DNA of 63,996 nucleotides, the filler included. It is 5 parts of 5 records of this genome, joined end to end, with 100 filler letters (N's around TTAATTAATTAA, not from the genome) between each part and the next. Parts side by side here need not be neighbours in the genome. Positions count along the whole stretch, not along the records: positions 44,228 to 52,555 come from DRR378314_1450; positions 52,656 to 63,996 come from DRR378314_1460; 3 more parts are not named here. One strand, written 5' to 3'. Below are positions 49,401 through 61,100 of this stretch, one piece after another. The position numbers were made by a program, and so were the translations under genes. Position 1 is the stretch's first letter, and each line of letters begins with the position of its first letter. Under the pieces are notes generated by a model. It saw only the letters and a list, made by a program, of their open reading frames with translations, was not told the origin of the DNA and did no database searches.

Positions 49401-50610
49401 TGCTCGAGGTTTTCATACTCTCGACACCTGGCGATTCCGCATGATTTCGGATACTCGCTGTAGACTCAGCTGTAACTGGAGGGGAAAGAAGCGCCGCCGC
49501 CGCCGACCCTTGCGAAGCATCCGTACTCGACGGTGGAGTTTGGGGCGCGCGATTTTGAATGGAGAGGCGGCGAAGACGGGCCGCCGCGTCTTTCACTGCT
49601 GGCGCACTGTGCGGCCGCGTGTCATCGTCTGCAACGTCAACATCGATCTCCGGGACGCGTTGAATCGGGCGGTCGCGAGACGACTGGCTCCGTTCCGGGC
49701 GTGGTGCAGCATCGTGCTGCCCGCTGTCGCTGCTGTCTCCGCGCTGTGCAACGTACCGGTCGAACGAGCTGAACGAGCTCTTGACACTCGCAGCCGAGTT
49801 CTCCGGGAGCCGTTTCACACCTCTGTCGTCGGCACCGTTCCTCGCAGTTGTGCGCGGCGGTGCTGTAGGTGGCGACACGATTGATGGTTTCCGTTTGCCG
49901 CCGGTGGCGGCAGCCGTACCGGCAGCATCGCTGCGCCCGTCTGCGCCCCCGTTTTCCGCTGCCGGTGCGCGTGCCGGCTTGGGCACGGTGCGCTTTGGAC
50001 GAGGAGCCACCGCATGGGCTGGCGGCGGAGCAGGCGACATATCGTCGCGATAGAATCGCTTTAGTGGTGCAAGATCGCTAGCGTCGATTGTGTCGTCCAA
50101 CACCGCACTGTGCGCAGGGATTGCGGACTCGTCGAGCTCGTCGAGCGTGTCAAACTCACTGCTGCGCACACTTCCGGGCGGCGAGACCACAGAGAGCGCA
50201 GCTCCAGGGCTCGCAGCGCTCTCGCGCGAGCCTGTTTCCTTTCGCACCGAAGGAGAGCGAGATCCCGAAGGACGCGAAGAGCCCGGCGCTGCACTACTGC
50301 CTGAGCTGCTGGCGCGGTCACGACCAGAGTCTGAGCCTGCCGAGGAGCGGGCGGACGAACGCGACGAGCGCCCGGACGAGCGGGAGAGAGCCCGCCGCCG
50401 ATCCCGCTCGCGCCTCAGCTTCTCAATCTTTTTCCTCCGTTCCTCAATGGCTCGCTCGCGGTCTGAAGCATCGCTCTTCGATCGACGCACGGCCTGAGGA
50501 GCTGGCGGGCGCGCAGAGGAACCGCGGCCGGTGCTTTGGGGCGACGTAACGCCCTGTTCGGCGTCGGCTGGCTCTGCGACCTCAGAGTGTTCGGTGTCGG
50601 CTCCAGCCAT
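46414..50610 (-). CDS. Unknown intronless ~1400-aa low-complexity protein (Ser/Ala/Arg/Asp-rich) with two short coiled coils
   Basis: 4.2-kb uninterrupted ORF with first ATG at 50610. Coiled coils: ERAIEERRKKIEKLRRERDRRR and LKGLEEDLEYAQHKLRKLE..LRAKKNEI. No recognisable folded domain. Confidence 0.75.
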   Translation of the reverse strand: MAGADTEHSEVAEPADAEQGVTSPQSTGRGSSARPPAPQAVRRSKSDASDRERAIEERRKKIEKLRRERDRRRALSRSSGRSSRSSARSSAGSDSGRDRASSSGSSAAPGSSRPSGSRSPSVRKETGSRESAASPGAALSVVSPPGSVRSSEFDTLDELDESAIPAHSAVLDDTIDASDLAPLKRFYRDDMSPAPPPAHAVAPRPKRTVPKPARAPAAENGGADGRSDAAGTAAATGGKRKPSIVSPPTAPPRTTARNGADDRGVKRLPENSAASVKSSFSSFDRYVAQRGDSSDSGQHDAAPRPERSQSSRDRPIQRVPEIDVDVADDDTRPHSAPAVKDAAARLRRLSIQNRAPQTPPSSTDASQGSAAAALLSPPVTAESTASIRNHAESPGVESMKTSSTRSSPQPTAATVRGGARIRASPTPSARSEKSHVSTTGSHASSRMDDSVRSRASSGDGKPPRSPLRNGGAASGRPVSPIGGTSGKAREPSGGQPPLATPTSGHCAEPRFSDSIDEDEELVAVAAAAAASGRTSPSHPPHPSRSPSPRRRSRTPKQRVRTPEQRDRPPSRSRARTPEHRSKTPERRRELQHSLGAERERLHAQAKLRELPSLDLDGLDEERGNRTSVSVDETFASADPLTPQIIRETPDPAVMRRASMLELKGLEEDLEYAQHKLRKLEKDARTDLPAMSPGERDDMDALVAKARERVARLASKLRAKKNEIAARVLRRDSERILVDEDVFSVITDAQGPDVHQDAAISAAAAAAVAAATAVSNAGGPPPVPPGVDPVVYMHALYQYASFTNSQNASAPQPSHPAVPVGVSAPFPAGFRVGRGGRIDMREPCTNRSSPLTVTTSSSTGPGTRSDSRSRRIPNSSAAGDSVNSPEVVALMASLFGNADASNLPDDQIETLLEHVQSILAARRAASHSGAAGSKGSESSDAHTDHAKEAGSAEDADDDDADSRELAEEMEPVDSELDEDETGTATPSSEPDARSRSVRGSDFEDLQSGSAGVRSDDRTGASSEEEGDTSRRSQSMQEIMNIFRRKQQADEHDADGSPSSAGGASSHEAGASRPEDAAATAAASNVAAAVAAAAGSFTSDEDSDGPSAEELSTMSSFVQQLADSDVEWESSTASSSCASSQSGAAGSNPRVAAAIAAGNAYLKQILNGNHGRAAHPRRSSGSSSILSDTDSEGTVERSGPGAHEYNQQGAGDRSGARFHSAAYHRPASVEPVREPQLGPNGLVGPDLPWHLVVANEAYLKALQRNPHDTAGAAAAAAAAATAAAMGDTGESHKGTYAVRGPDGAQDDPSSSESDSIIGGTRLANSPADDRSARPRFFSAQSPAGSRARGASAPERSSNDAERARAMELAAGSHKKQKAVKKLGRIVKRIFSPNKGVGPQA

Positions 50611-52525
50611 AGCGGCGTCGCAGAACGCGCGTTGCGTGGGTTGTTCACGCAGTTGCTCAAAGCCCACGCAGGCAGCGTGCCAACGGCTCTTGAAAGACCG
50701 GAATTGCAGCGGGCGGGAGACTGGATACAGCGTGCGAATGCAGAACGCAACAGGAGCAGTCGAGCCACGGGAAAAAAAAAGAAAAGAAGGGGGCTCAGAG
50801 TTAGCAATTGCTCACAGACGCGGCGGCGGCGTTGCGGCACGGACCACGGCTGACGCAGCACACGAAGAGCGACGCAGAGTGTGTGGGAGTGCTCACAGCC
50901 TGTCGCAGGTGCAGGGATATCAGCAAAAGCCACACACAGCCATAACGTCTTCTAGGGTTCTCGGGCCTATGAATGTCATACTACAGAAAATGACTTTCGC
51001 ACATCACTTCACGCAATGGTTTATCCTAGCACCCCTGCAGGTACAGAATGCGACCAGTGGCGCAAATCATATCCGCACGCATCGCAGAAGATCTGGGCAC
51101 AGCGATACCCATGCAAGCCTCAACGGGCGCCCGGCGCCTGTCCTTCGCCGCGCACGGCCAGGCCAGGCAGCGAGATCCCTTTGCATGCAAGGGGCACACA
51201 CGAAGCGCGGCTTCTTTCCCCGTTTTGCACACAGATTTCACAATTCCGGCAAGACAGTATTGCAGGGCGGTATCATACCTTTTTATCTCGCTTCCGTGCG
51301 GTAAGAATACAACGGAGGGCAGCGTCGTGCGACAAGGGACTGCGGAACGCGGCACGAGCTGCTGCTGAACGTCGTTAGCGTGGCACGAGCAGACTGCTCC
51401 GCGCGCACAGCCTCGTGCAAAGCAGCAGAGCTCAGCGCACACGTTCACGACCGCAGCACACACGCGAGCGTCCCACAGTTTTGCGCTCGCAGCAAAAATA
51501 AATTATCCGCGCAATTTGTGCAGCGGAAAACAGAATAAAAAGAAGAGTTACTTCCTGGAAATCACTTCTTCTGTAATACTTTCGCCGAGCAGGCAGGACT
51601 GAGTTAGCAGAGCGAGGCGCGCCGGATCGGTCGCACCGTGCACAGCCAGTTTCTTCGTCGTTCTATCCGCTGCCCGCCCGCCGCTCGGTCGACGTTGCGG
51701 GGGCGGGTCCGGACCCTAGGGTTACCTGAACAACCCCAGAGAGCTCCATGTTGTGGACGATGTTTCTGACTACCATGGAAGCTGTGACTGGTCGCAGCCT
51801 GCTGGTGCACCAGCGGCACGGGGTCTCTGGCGCCCGTTCAACGGCGGCTGCAACTGCTGTTCGAATGTGGGAGCGCCTTGCGCGCCCTCTCCACGCGGCC
51901 GGTGGCTGACTTCGGGAGGAACGCGGCGGCTGCAGCGCGGCGCGCACTGCGCTGCCAGGAATGCCACGCCATCGCCACGTCCGCTGCTTCCTTTATTACG
52001 TCAGGTGCTATGCTACTTTTGTAAGGCCTCGCTGTGCACTCCAAATCGCCCGAAAACAGCTGCAGAAAGCCAGGCTCGCGATGCGAGCAAAGGAAAGTCT
52101 GCTCCCGTGCCGTACCCCGGCTGTGCAGCCCGCGCCGTTCGCTCGACGCGCGCATGCGGTACGGCGGGGCGCACGCCTCCACAACACTTGGAGGGCTTGC
52201 GTTGAGGTGGGGCTGCGTTCTTCGCTTGCGCTGCCTACTCCCTTGTACTTGCCACCAAACGGAACACCAGCGCCGCGCCCTGCGCACACGCAACAAGGAA
52301 GGCCGCCGTAGGGTTGGCGAACCGCTATGGCAGCGCGCCAGGTGCGGCGCCCTGCTGCACGAAGAGGGGTAAAGCTCTCCTTGCACGTAGCTGCCGCTTC
52401 CCTACCTCGATTTCGGCGCTGACACTGTAGGACAGTGCTACGCGTCCCCCAGTTCCGGCTTCCACAGTTTGTGCCACATCTTGATAGCGCATGCAACTTG
52501 CAGGAAAGCAAGTGGGAAGAAAAGA

Positions 52526-52555
52526 ACACACACACGCTCTCTCTCTCTCTCTCTC
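52526..52555. repeat. (AC)n then (CT)n microsatellite at contig end
   Basis: acacacacacg followed by ctctctctctctctctctc, directly before the spacer. Confidence 0.9.
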
Positions 52556-52655
52556 NNNNNNNNNNNNNNNNNNNNNNNNNNNNNNNNNNNNNNNNNNNNT
52601 TAATTAATTAANNNNNNNNNNNNNNNNNNNNNNNNNNNNNNNNNNNNNNNNNNNN
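52556..52655. other. Artificial contig spacer
   Basis: N44-TTAATTAATTAA-N44. Confidence 0.98.
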
Positions 52656-52804
52656 GAAACATGGGTACAGGAGTGAGAAAAGAGCGATCAACGGCCAGGG
52701 GAAGGGTGGCAGGGCTTGCGCTGATTGTCGCTCGCGACACGTTTCCGCCAATCCTGACTGTTACGCTCTCCTTCGCCCCGCTTTCTGTGGGACAATGTAT
52801 GCAG

Positions 52805-54418
52805 GGGATCTATACGTTTGCAAGCGGTAGTCGATTCGAAGGAAACTGGGAGAACGACATGAAAAATGGGTAAGAAAAGCCTACCACGAAATTGCGCTGA
52901 AGTAGGGCGAGAAAAGCACAGAGCCATACCTGTAGTGCCTAGTCTTCACTTTTCCCAGCTACAAATTTTGGAACTCTTGCTTGAACTCCCAAGCCCGCAA
53001 TACTGACGTTCTATGTTTGCTTTGTTCAGATACGGTGTCCTGGTGTACGAAGACGGTGAGCGGTACGAGGGTGAATGGAAGGACGACAAGGCGCACGGCA
53101 AGGTATGCGGAATGCGGGCATTCTCATCTCTGTCCGAACAAGAGAAGCTCTCGTTTGCTCGATGCTACGCGAGACGAATACAGAAAACGACGAACATTGT
53201 CGACCTTTTCTGTGTCCTACAAGGACAAGATATTTTCGCAAAGGATGCTTCTTGTAAATATAGCGCGCACTGCGAATATACGGTGGGCGCGCATGGGGAG
53301 GATGTGGAAGCACGCTACGTGCAACACCGGCTCCGCGAGTCAGAGGCGTTCTGCCGACAATTGCAGAGAAGTGGAAACCTTTATACTGATTTCGGTCACT
53401 TTGTGCTCTCTTGGCCATGCATCGACAGGGAGTCTTACGCTATGTTGGTGGAGATGCATATACTGGAGAGTGGGTAGAGGGTGTGAAGCACGGGCGCGGT
53501 GAGCTTGTGTACGCGAATGGAGATCGCTACGCGGGCAGCTGGGAGAACGATTGCGCGTGCGGGCACGGCGTCCTCGAGTATGCGGCAGGCCATCGGTACG
53601 ATATCGGCTTCCACCCTATCATGTGAAGTGTCTACAGAAGTCACAAGACTGGGAACTATTTAGAACGTATGCGTACCGATACGAAGCTGCCATGATGTTG
53701 CGCACATACGAAGCAAATGCAAGCAAAGGATCTGTGCCGCTACGTGCCGCTATTGTGCGTGCGTACCTCGTTTTGATCTTCTATTCGCATTCGCGACGCT
53801 TGACTGACGCAGTTGCTCATCAAATAGGGATTCTAAACACATTTTTATGCACCAAATACATTTCTGTCTTTGGTTTTTCACATGTTCCTGTAGATATGAA
53901 GGCTTATGGGCTAACGATGAACGACACGGAGAAGGAAGGCTGAGGCTCGCGGACGGATCTCAGTTTACCGGGCTCTTCGCGCACGGGCAGCTCCACGGGA
54001 AAGGAACCCTGGTGCTGGCATCCGGTGACACCTTGCACGGATCTTGGGAGGTACGTATGCGGCCGGACGGATACGGTGATGTCAATGCACTTGTGATCGC
54101 TGACGTGTAGTGAATGGTGCGCCTCTCAGAACTGCAAGGTGGAATCTGGGGATTGTCAATAGAGCGCGAGGTGCCGCCCGCATCGTTTTTCAGCGAGTGC
54201 TCGCTGCGCAACGCGCGAACCATATCATCGACATTTCCTCTTCCGCAGGGACAACTTTCTGTATTTCCCTTCTCTGACATGTCGGATGTGCTTGACAATG
54301 ATGTTCCTCATCGAATATGTATATGTTTTTCCTGCAGAATGGAACGTTGGTAGGTCCGGTGCAGTTCGATTTCGCACAGGGGTCGCCTTGGCTCTCGCTT
54401 GCGGACGCTGGCGTGTAG
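52805..54418 (+). CDS. MORN-repeat protein (apicomplexan MORN1-like), 5'-truncated
   Basis: Phase-consistent exons 52805-52869, 53030-53102, 53429-53595, 53894-54050, 54338-54418. They encode tandem 23-aa YEGEWxxDxxHGxG repeats ending FDFAQGSPWLSL. Confidence 0.88.
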
Positions 54419-55169
54419 CGCGCGCCACAGGTCATGTGCGGCCCGCTCGGCTGAGAATGGTGCAGCGTCCCCGACTGCGCGGTGAGCAACCCGTACACGT
54501 ATGCCGTTTTGTACCAGCAGTTGTGCGTATTCTCATGTTGGTATGGGACTGTGCAGGTTGTCTGCGCAGTGCTACATGGTGAAGCTGTGTGCGAGACACG
54601 CCTGGGGCTGCAAATGCCTATACCTTTCGTCGCGTGGTCGTGACTATCGCGATAAAGTGCACTACGCATGGGGAGATCCGCAATGAGAAAGAACAGGCGG
54701 CACGACCATAGAATTTTGTAATGTATGCGCAGCGCAGCCTTTTCAGAGGTGGTCGTTTTTGCAAGAGTGAGGAGGGTACGCTTCCCAAGCACGCGTGGCA
54801 AATCGAAATCACAATCTGCGGCACGAACTCGCAAGGATGAGGTATCTCCCAGGCACAGTAGCCTGGCGTCGCGTGTATGGAATTTGCAAGGTTTACAGCA
54901 CAATGAAGAGCAGAGAAGCAACGCTTTCGCATTTATTCCACCTGACATCATACTCGAGGTGGATTCTGCATACAAATATATATATGTACATGTAGGCTGT
55001 TCGCCTTTCATCGAGGCAAGTACGCATTTCGGCATACCGGCATCCAGTGCAACTCGAGGTATTGGGCCGAGGTGCTTTCCGAAACGCACCTCCACCTGCC
55101 ACACGCTTATACGGCGAGCACCAAACGGCCCACCGGGCACTCCGCTCAAGCGCTTAGTCCTACAAATTG

Positions 55170-58100
55170 CTACAGCAACAGTGCACTCGAGTCAAACGTT
55201 TGCAGTGGGTCGCGTACTCCATACTCGACCAGAGCGCTCGCGGGCGGTGCGGCGACCTCGCCGGTGCCGGGACCGGCCGGGCGTTTCTCGATGGAAATCC
55301 GTCGCGCCAGATCATCGACGTAGGGTGCGCCGGCAGGACCCAAAGCGCGTGCCAGCGTCTGGAACTCCTTGCGCAGCACACCGCTCATATTACACACGAG
55401 CGGAGCAACCGCGCGCCCTATGTCAGGCAAAACACGTAACACAGCTGCTGTCCCCGTTGATCCAGCGTACATGGCGCACGAGAGGAATTCCAGTGACACA
55501 TACACCGCCTCACGGATGACTGGCTCGTGGGACGGCGATCCGGTGACAGCTGCAGGCACGTGGCCTCGCTGCGGAAGCGAGCCTCGCGCTGCGCTGCGCG
55601 ATCCGCGCGCGTACACGGGCGCGAGCACCGGGGCCGGTGTACCGTTTGGACGCCTGGCCGCTGTAGGTGCCGCTGCCAGTAGCGTAACGGCCCGCGGAGC
55701 CGCAGCGGCCGCGTGCAAATCGGATGGCAGCCGATCACCGACAGCAGCCAGCAGAGCGCGCGCCGATCCCCCGCGTGTGCGTTCTCTTTGGCGCTGGAAA
55801 TGCGTGGGTCCGCCGAGGGTTTCAGCAATTGTCGCAGCTGCGTCAAGGACAGCAGCTTCAATAACAGCATGAACATGCAGCCGAACCGCCGAACGCCCTC
55901 CGTCGCAGCGCATTGCAGCTGCTACAAACGCCGTCACCAGACGGATCGCAGCCGGGCGCAGCGCCAGCCACGGCGCACCGGCGTGCGTACTCGTGCTGCC
56001 AGCGGACGCTGCTGCGGCCAGCACAGGGGGCAGCAGCGACTCGAGCTCGGAAACAATGAGCGAGGGGGGAAGAGGGAGTGCAAGCGGTTCTGCGTAGGTG
56101 TACAGGCATGTGACAAGTGCAGCAAGCGCCGACGAGCCTGCATGTCGGGGCTCTGGGGCGCCGGCCGACGAGCGCGGGCCTCGCATCGCGCCAGACTGAG
56201 ATGCTCCTGCCGCGCGCGACGTAAAGAAATTTCCGTTTGCAGCCTCGGTCACACGATTCCACAGCGATCCAAGGATCACGTGGCGCCGAACGGCGTCCAG
56301 CCGAGAATTCCTCACATAACAGAGAGCATGTGCAAGATACTGCGCCGAGAGCGCATCGTCGCGCGCGGTACCGCTCGCCCACTGCGCATTGTCGACGAAT
56401 TCGCGCACCATTTCCTCAAGGTGTCCGTGGAGCACCGCATTCGATTCCCACGGCAGAGCGCTAATACTCCGCGGAAGGGAGTACAGCGTGCGCAGCCGTG
56501 CCATGAAAATGGGTGCGCGCCGCGCAGCGTTCGGGTCTCCAGGCAAGACGCGCGTGTAGCAGTGCGCAACAAGCGCAGAAAATACACATACATCGGCATC
56601 GCCGTTTCGGAAGGTCATACGCGCGCACAAGCGCAGCACGCGCCCTGCTACAGTGTAGAGGCGCGGGACAGCGTTCAGATAGCTTTCTGAAGACTCGGAC
56701 GATGGCAACGTGCCACCTTGACGGAGCCTTTGCAAATTACCAGCCACGCTCCCGCGCGAACCGCGGCTGGCATCACCCTGTCTGCCCGGCGCGGATGGCG
56801 CAGCCTGCGCGTGCGAAGCAGCAGCTGCTGCTTGCGCTTCTTCCTGCAGCCGGCGATGCATGATGGGCGGGAGTATACGCAGCGAAAGCTCGATTGTGCT
56901 CCGCGTTTGAGGATCTCCCGCGTTGTATGCGTTGGAAAACTCCTGTAGCAGCCTCTCCAGGTAGGGCAGCGGAAGCGCTGTGCTGGGCGCTGGGCCTACG
57001 CCAGCGGCGTCCGCTGCCGACGAAGGTGTCGCCCCGGAGCGGCGCGCCGCGAGACCCACGGCACCGCCAACCGACCGCGACAAAACACTCTGTCCGGGAG
57101 GAAGCGGTGCATGAAGCGATCGCGCACGCTGTGCAGCGAGCGCAGCGGTATCGGCGACTGTTTGGCCTGCGCGGCCCCTGCTGACCATGGCCGCAGCATT
57201 GCCGAGGCCTGTCGGCAGCGAGGGCAGCGCTGCCGACTCCGCGGCCAAAAAGCACTTTCCCAGCACCGGGAGCGCTGCGCAGGCGCGAGCAAGTTCAGTG
57301 GCACCCGCCGGACTCGTTTCAAGCGCGCTAGCGAGCACAATCTGCACAATGTATGGCTCCGCAGTTGCGGTAAAGTCTTCGCAGCCCAGCGCAAGCCACT
57401 GCGCTAGCAGCGACCGCGGAACGCGCCGCTGCACCGCGCCGCTTCGGTCTCCCAGCCACGACGACTGGGGGCCGTATTTGTGGAGTATATTGCGCCACGA
57501 CGTGCGGCCGCACTGAACGCACAGCGCCAACGAGAGCCCCACGACTTCGACTGCCAGAGCACCTGAAACGCTGTCTTTCGATAGCCGATGCCACAGCATG
57601 ACCCGCTGCGAGCAAAATCCTCCAAATAGCACCTGCACGATTTCCTCCGCTGCAGGTAGCACATTCTGTTCGACTCCCGAGCACAAGGCGCGGCGCAGCG
57701 TGTGCCCACTCACGAGGTCATCGATCAAAGAGGACGACCCGCCGAGAAGCAAATCGAGCTCTTCTTGTGAATCTCTATGCACTGCGGTGGCCGACGTGCG
57801 TGCTGGAACACTTGCTCCACTGGTAGCCGCCCTAGCGCTCTCCTGTGCTCGCACACCGTTCGCTTGGGATGGTGCGTCGCTGCCGGCGACGCTGTGTAGC
57901 TGCTGACCGGCACCGGCCTGCGCAATCCCCTCCGAGAGCAGCTCCGCTGCAGGCCTTTCGTGATCCTCACTTACTGCGGCAGCCGCTAAAGGAGCTGCAG
58001 CAGTCTCCGGTACTCTTCCAATCTCCCCTGTTGGACCATTGTCCGAGAGCCCGCACGGCAGTTCGGAAGTCGAAGGTTTCACGGCACTTGCTAGGATGTC

Positions 58101-61100
58101 GCGCACCGTCTCCAGCGCCGCGCGGCGCAGCGCATTGGGAATGGCGCCGCTCTCGGGCGTCAAAATCTTCCCAATCCACGGGCCGACAATTGCTCCACCG
58201 ATTGTGGGTCCGCACGGACTGCCTGAGCGTACACCAACGGCGGACAAGGCTCGAATGGCAAGAGCAGAGAGCGCAGTGACGGCTTGGGCTGTTATGTTCT
58301 GCCTGGCTGCGTGCTGCCCTTCTGCCGCAAGCGATGCGGCGTTGCTTGGTGCGCCGAACATGCCCGACAGCGACGAACGCGCGGGCGCGGAAGAGAAGTC
58401 GCTGATCAGCGCTCCCACGTACTCGACAACGTCGCTCACGAACTGCCCCGCATGTGCTTCGGCGTTACGCTGCACAGCAGCAAGTGCACCGGCTACACGC
58501 GCAGAAAGTGCCAGTGCAACCGCCTCAAGTGCGACAGAATGTCCAGTGGAGGACATCGTGCTAGTGCCGGTGCTGTCGGCCCGGGAAACCGCACCGCTGC
58601 TACGCAGCGGAGCAGCCGCGTCGAGCATGCGGCGAACCACCGGTAGATCACGACTCGTCCCAGTCGCACAGAGAGACACCGCTACAGTGGCAGCGACAGT
58701 GCGCTCGCGACATGTGTTTGCACGCGCTGCCAGCGGAAACAGCCGCGACACAAGAGCGCGCTGTTTGGCGCCTTCGCCCGCCGCAGCGGCCGCGCAATGC
58801 ACAAGCCTGGCGGCAAGAACAACCACGGCCTCCACAACGTCACCGCGCGCAAGTGCGGCTTCAGCGTCATCCTCTGCCTTGCGATAGACGGAATACTGAT
58901 TTTCAATGTCGCTGCTTGTCGCCTGTTCCTGCTCTGTGGCAGTGCACGGTACGCCGCCGCGCTGTGGATCACATAGAGCCGCGAGGGCCGACTGCGGATC
59001 CTGCAGAGCTGAAAGCATCGCCGATACTGCTGTAGAAGGCGCCATCCAGCCCCGCGTTCCGTACGCGGCGCGAGAGGCGTCGGCACCTTGTGTGTCTTGT
59101 GCGCGTAGCGACAGCAAAGCGACGCGTAGCACCCGCTCAACTACATCTGCGCGCGGGGCCCACGCATTGCATAAATGCGTGCAGCGCCGCAGCAGTGACA
59201 CCGCAATGCGCGCTCGATATCGATCGCGCGCCGAGTCACTCGGCAGTAAAGCTGCCAACAGACCCAGGTTCTCCGGCGAATACGCCTCGTCCAAGGCAGT
59301 TGCGACTTCACTCCAGCTCCCAGCAAGCCGCTGCGGACCGCAGGATTCCAGGAGCGTCGGTTGGTGCGGCTCTGTACTCCGCTGTGAACCCGCCCAGCTA
59401 CCCAGTACGACTGCCAGCAGGTCGAAAAAGCGCTCGGCGCCACAGAGAAGGGCGAGTGCCCGCTGCACATCGGGCGCATGCGTGTGCGCAATGTTGTCGC
59501 TGGCGCCAGGCAGGAGGCTTCGCTTCTCTTGGCGAAACGCCTCGGTCGCTTTCGCCTCGCCATATGCTGCAGCAGCACTACGCAGGCACCGAAACACTTC
59601 ACCCGCTTGCAATGCAGCGGCCAACTCAGCGCACATGTCCAACACGGCGCGGGTACATCTGCGACGATGCCGAATGCTTGGATCGAGGTGGGCAAGCGCG
59701 GCAGAGGCGGCGCGGGCCGCCTCCAGCCTCTCGTGCTCACCAGCGAATGCGGTAGCACGCAGGATGCGCTGCCACACTGTAGCAACAGCGCACACCCACG
59801 CCGTGCGACCGCAGGCGCGCCCACTCGACGTGGGAGCAAGCGGTGGCATTTCGCGTATGATCGCCACGATATACTCCGACGGATCTCGAGCACTACGGGC
59901 TGCCGTGGCAATAACAAGGGCGGCAGCGTGGGCCCGCTCCTGCAGGATGGCAGCGCGGGTCGCGTTCCTCGTGCGTCGCAGCTCAGCCAAGGCGGCAACA
60001 AGTACCGGCACGAGAACTCCAAGGGTTTCTTCCGCCTCGATTTCAGGATCCATAGTTCCTAAGAGAGGCCGCAGTGCCACGCATGCCTCTGTGGCCTCCA
60101 AGCGCTCTTGATTAGTGTCTCGGCTGCTTTCGACGCCTGCGTGCCCTCCTGGCCGGAAGACAGCACGGGCAAGTGCAGTGTCCTCCCGGTAGACAGCACC
60201 TTCGACAGCATCCGCCAGCGACAACTTCCGGCCCAGCGGCATTGCATCGGTCACCTCAAAGTTTTCGTACTCACTGTCAGAAGATGAATAGCTTTCGTGC
60301 GCTTGCATTCCTTGTTCCAGGTCGGAAACTTGTCCCCTGGTTTGCGCAGCGTCGCCGGTTGCTCGTAGCATGTCGTCAACGCGCCTACGCCTTTGTCGGC
60401 GCCGTTTCGGCTGGGGGAACTCGCCGTCGACGAATTCCTCGTCGCTTACAGATGGCGCCCCGTGCCTATCGTCGATGCTGGTAGTGCGTCGCGATGCGCT
60501 ATCACGCGTCCGGAGAAGTGCCCTTGGCCTCCGTCGTACCGTACGCCGCCGCCTCTTGGCCGCCCCTTGCACAATTCGCCGCGGGCTTCGCCGCTTCCGG
60601 GATAGTATGCGAGCGGAAGGTGGCACAGAGAGATCCAGACCGCTCTCGTTAGCTGGCGGCTCCGCTTCGTATTCACAGTTGATGTCAGAAGCTCGATCGC
60701 GGAGCAGTCGGTCAGCAACTTCTTTCGCAGACAATGCGCTGCGAACAAGAGGCCCCGGATGTCTGGATCGGCCAGGAGTCTGCACGCGGCGGGCGAGAGC
60801 GGCAATGTCGGCCAAGTGCACAGCTTCAGGAACCTGCTCCTCGTCCGTTTCGTCCCCTGATTCGCTAACGGAGCACTCAGTGGTCTCTTTGTTTGCCACT
60901 GCAAAAGAAATCCCCCTTCCATCCCCTCGTGATCTCGAAGACGAGGTCGTTTCTGATGCTGTTTCCGAAATCGCTCGATGCACATACGAGCGCCCGGGCG
61001 CAACAGGAGCCGCTGCTGCGTCTCTCTCCTTCACTCGCTGGCGAGCTCGCTTCAGGCTGCGATACAGTGCCGCAGCACGCGGTGGCATGCGGGGTATGTC

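Noticed and set aside
46030-49444. 506-aa and 511-aa plus-strand ORFs
   Set aside because: They are antisense to the ~1400-aa gene, have no recognisable motif and are expected at this GC content.
51600-52400. Possible minus-strand exons near the end of contig 4
   Set aside because: I could not build a phase-consistent model or recognise any motif.
6730-52655. Four identical TTAATTAATTAA palindromes as a biological repeat or insertion site
   Set aside because: Each is centred in an exactly 100-bp N run, so they are artificial six-frame-stop spacers.
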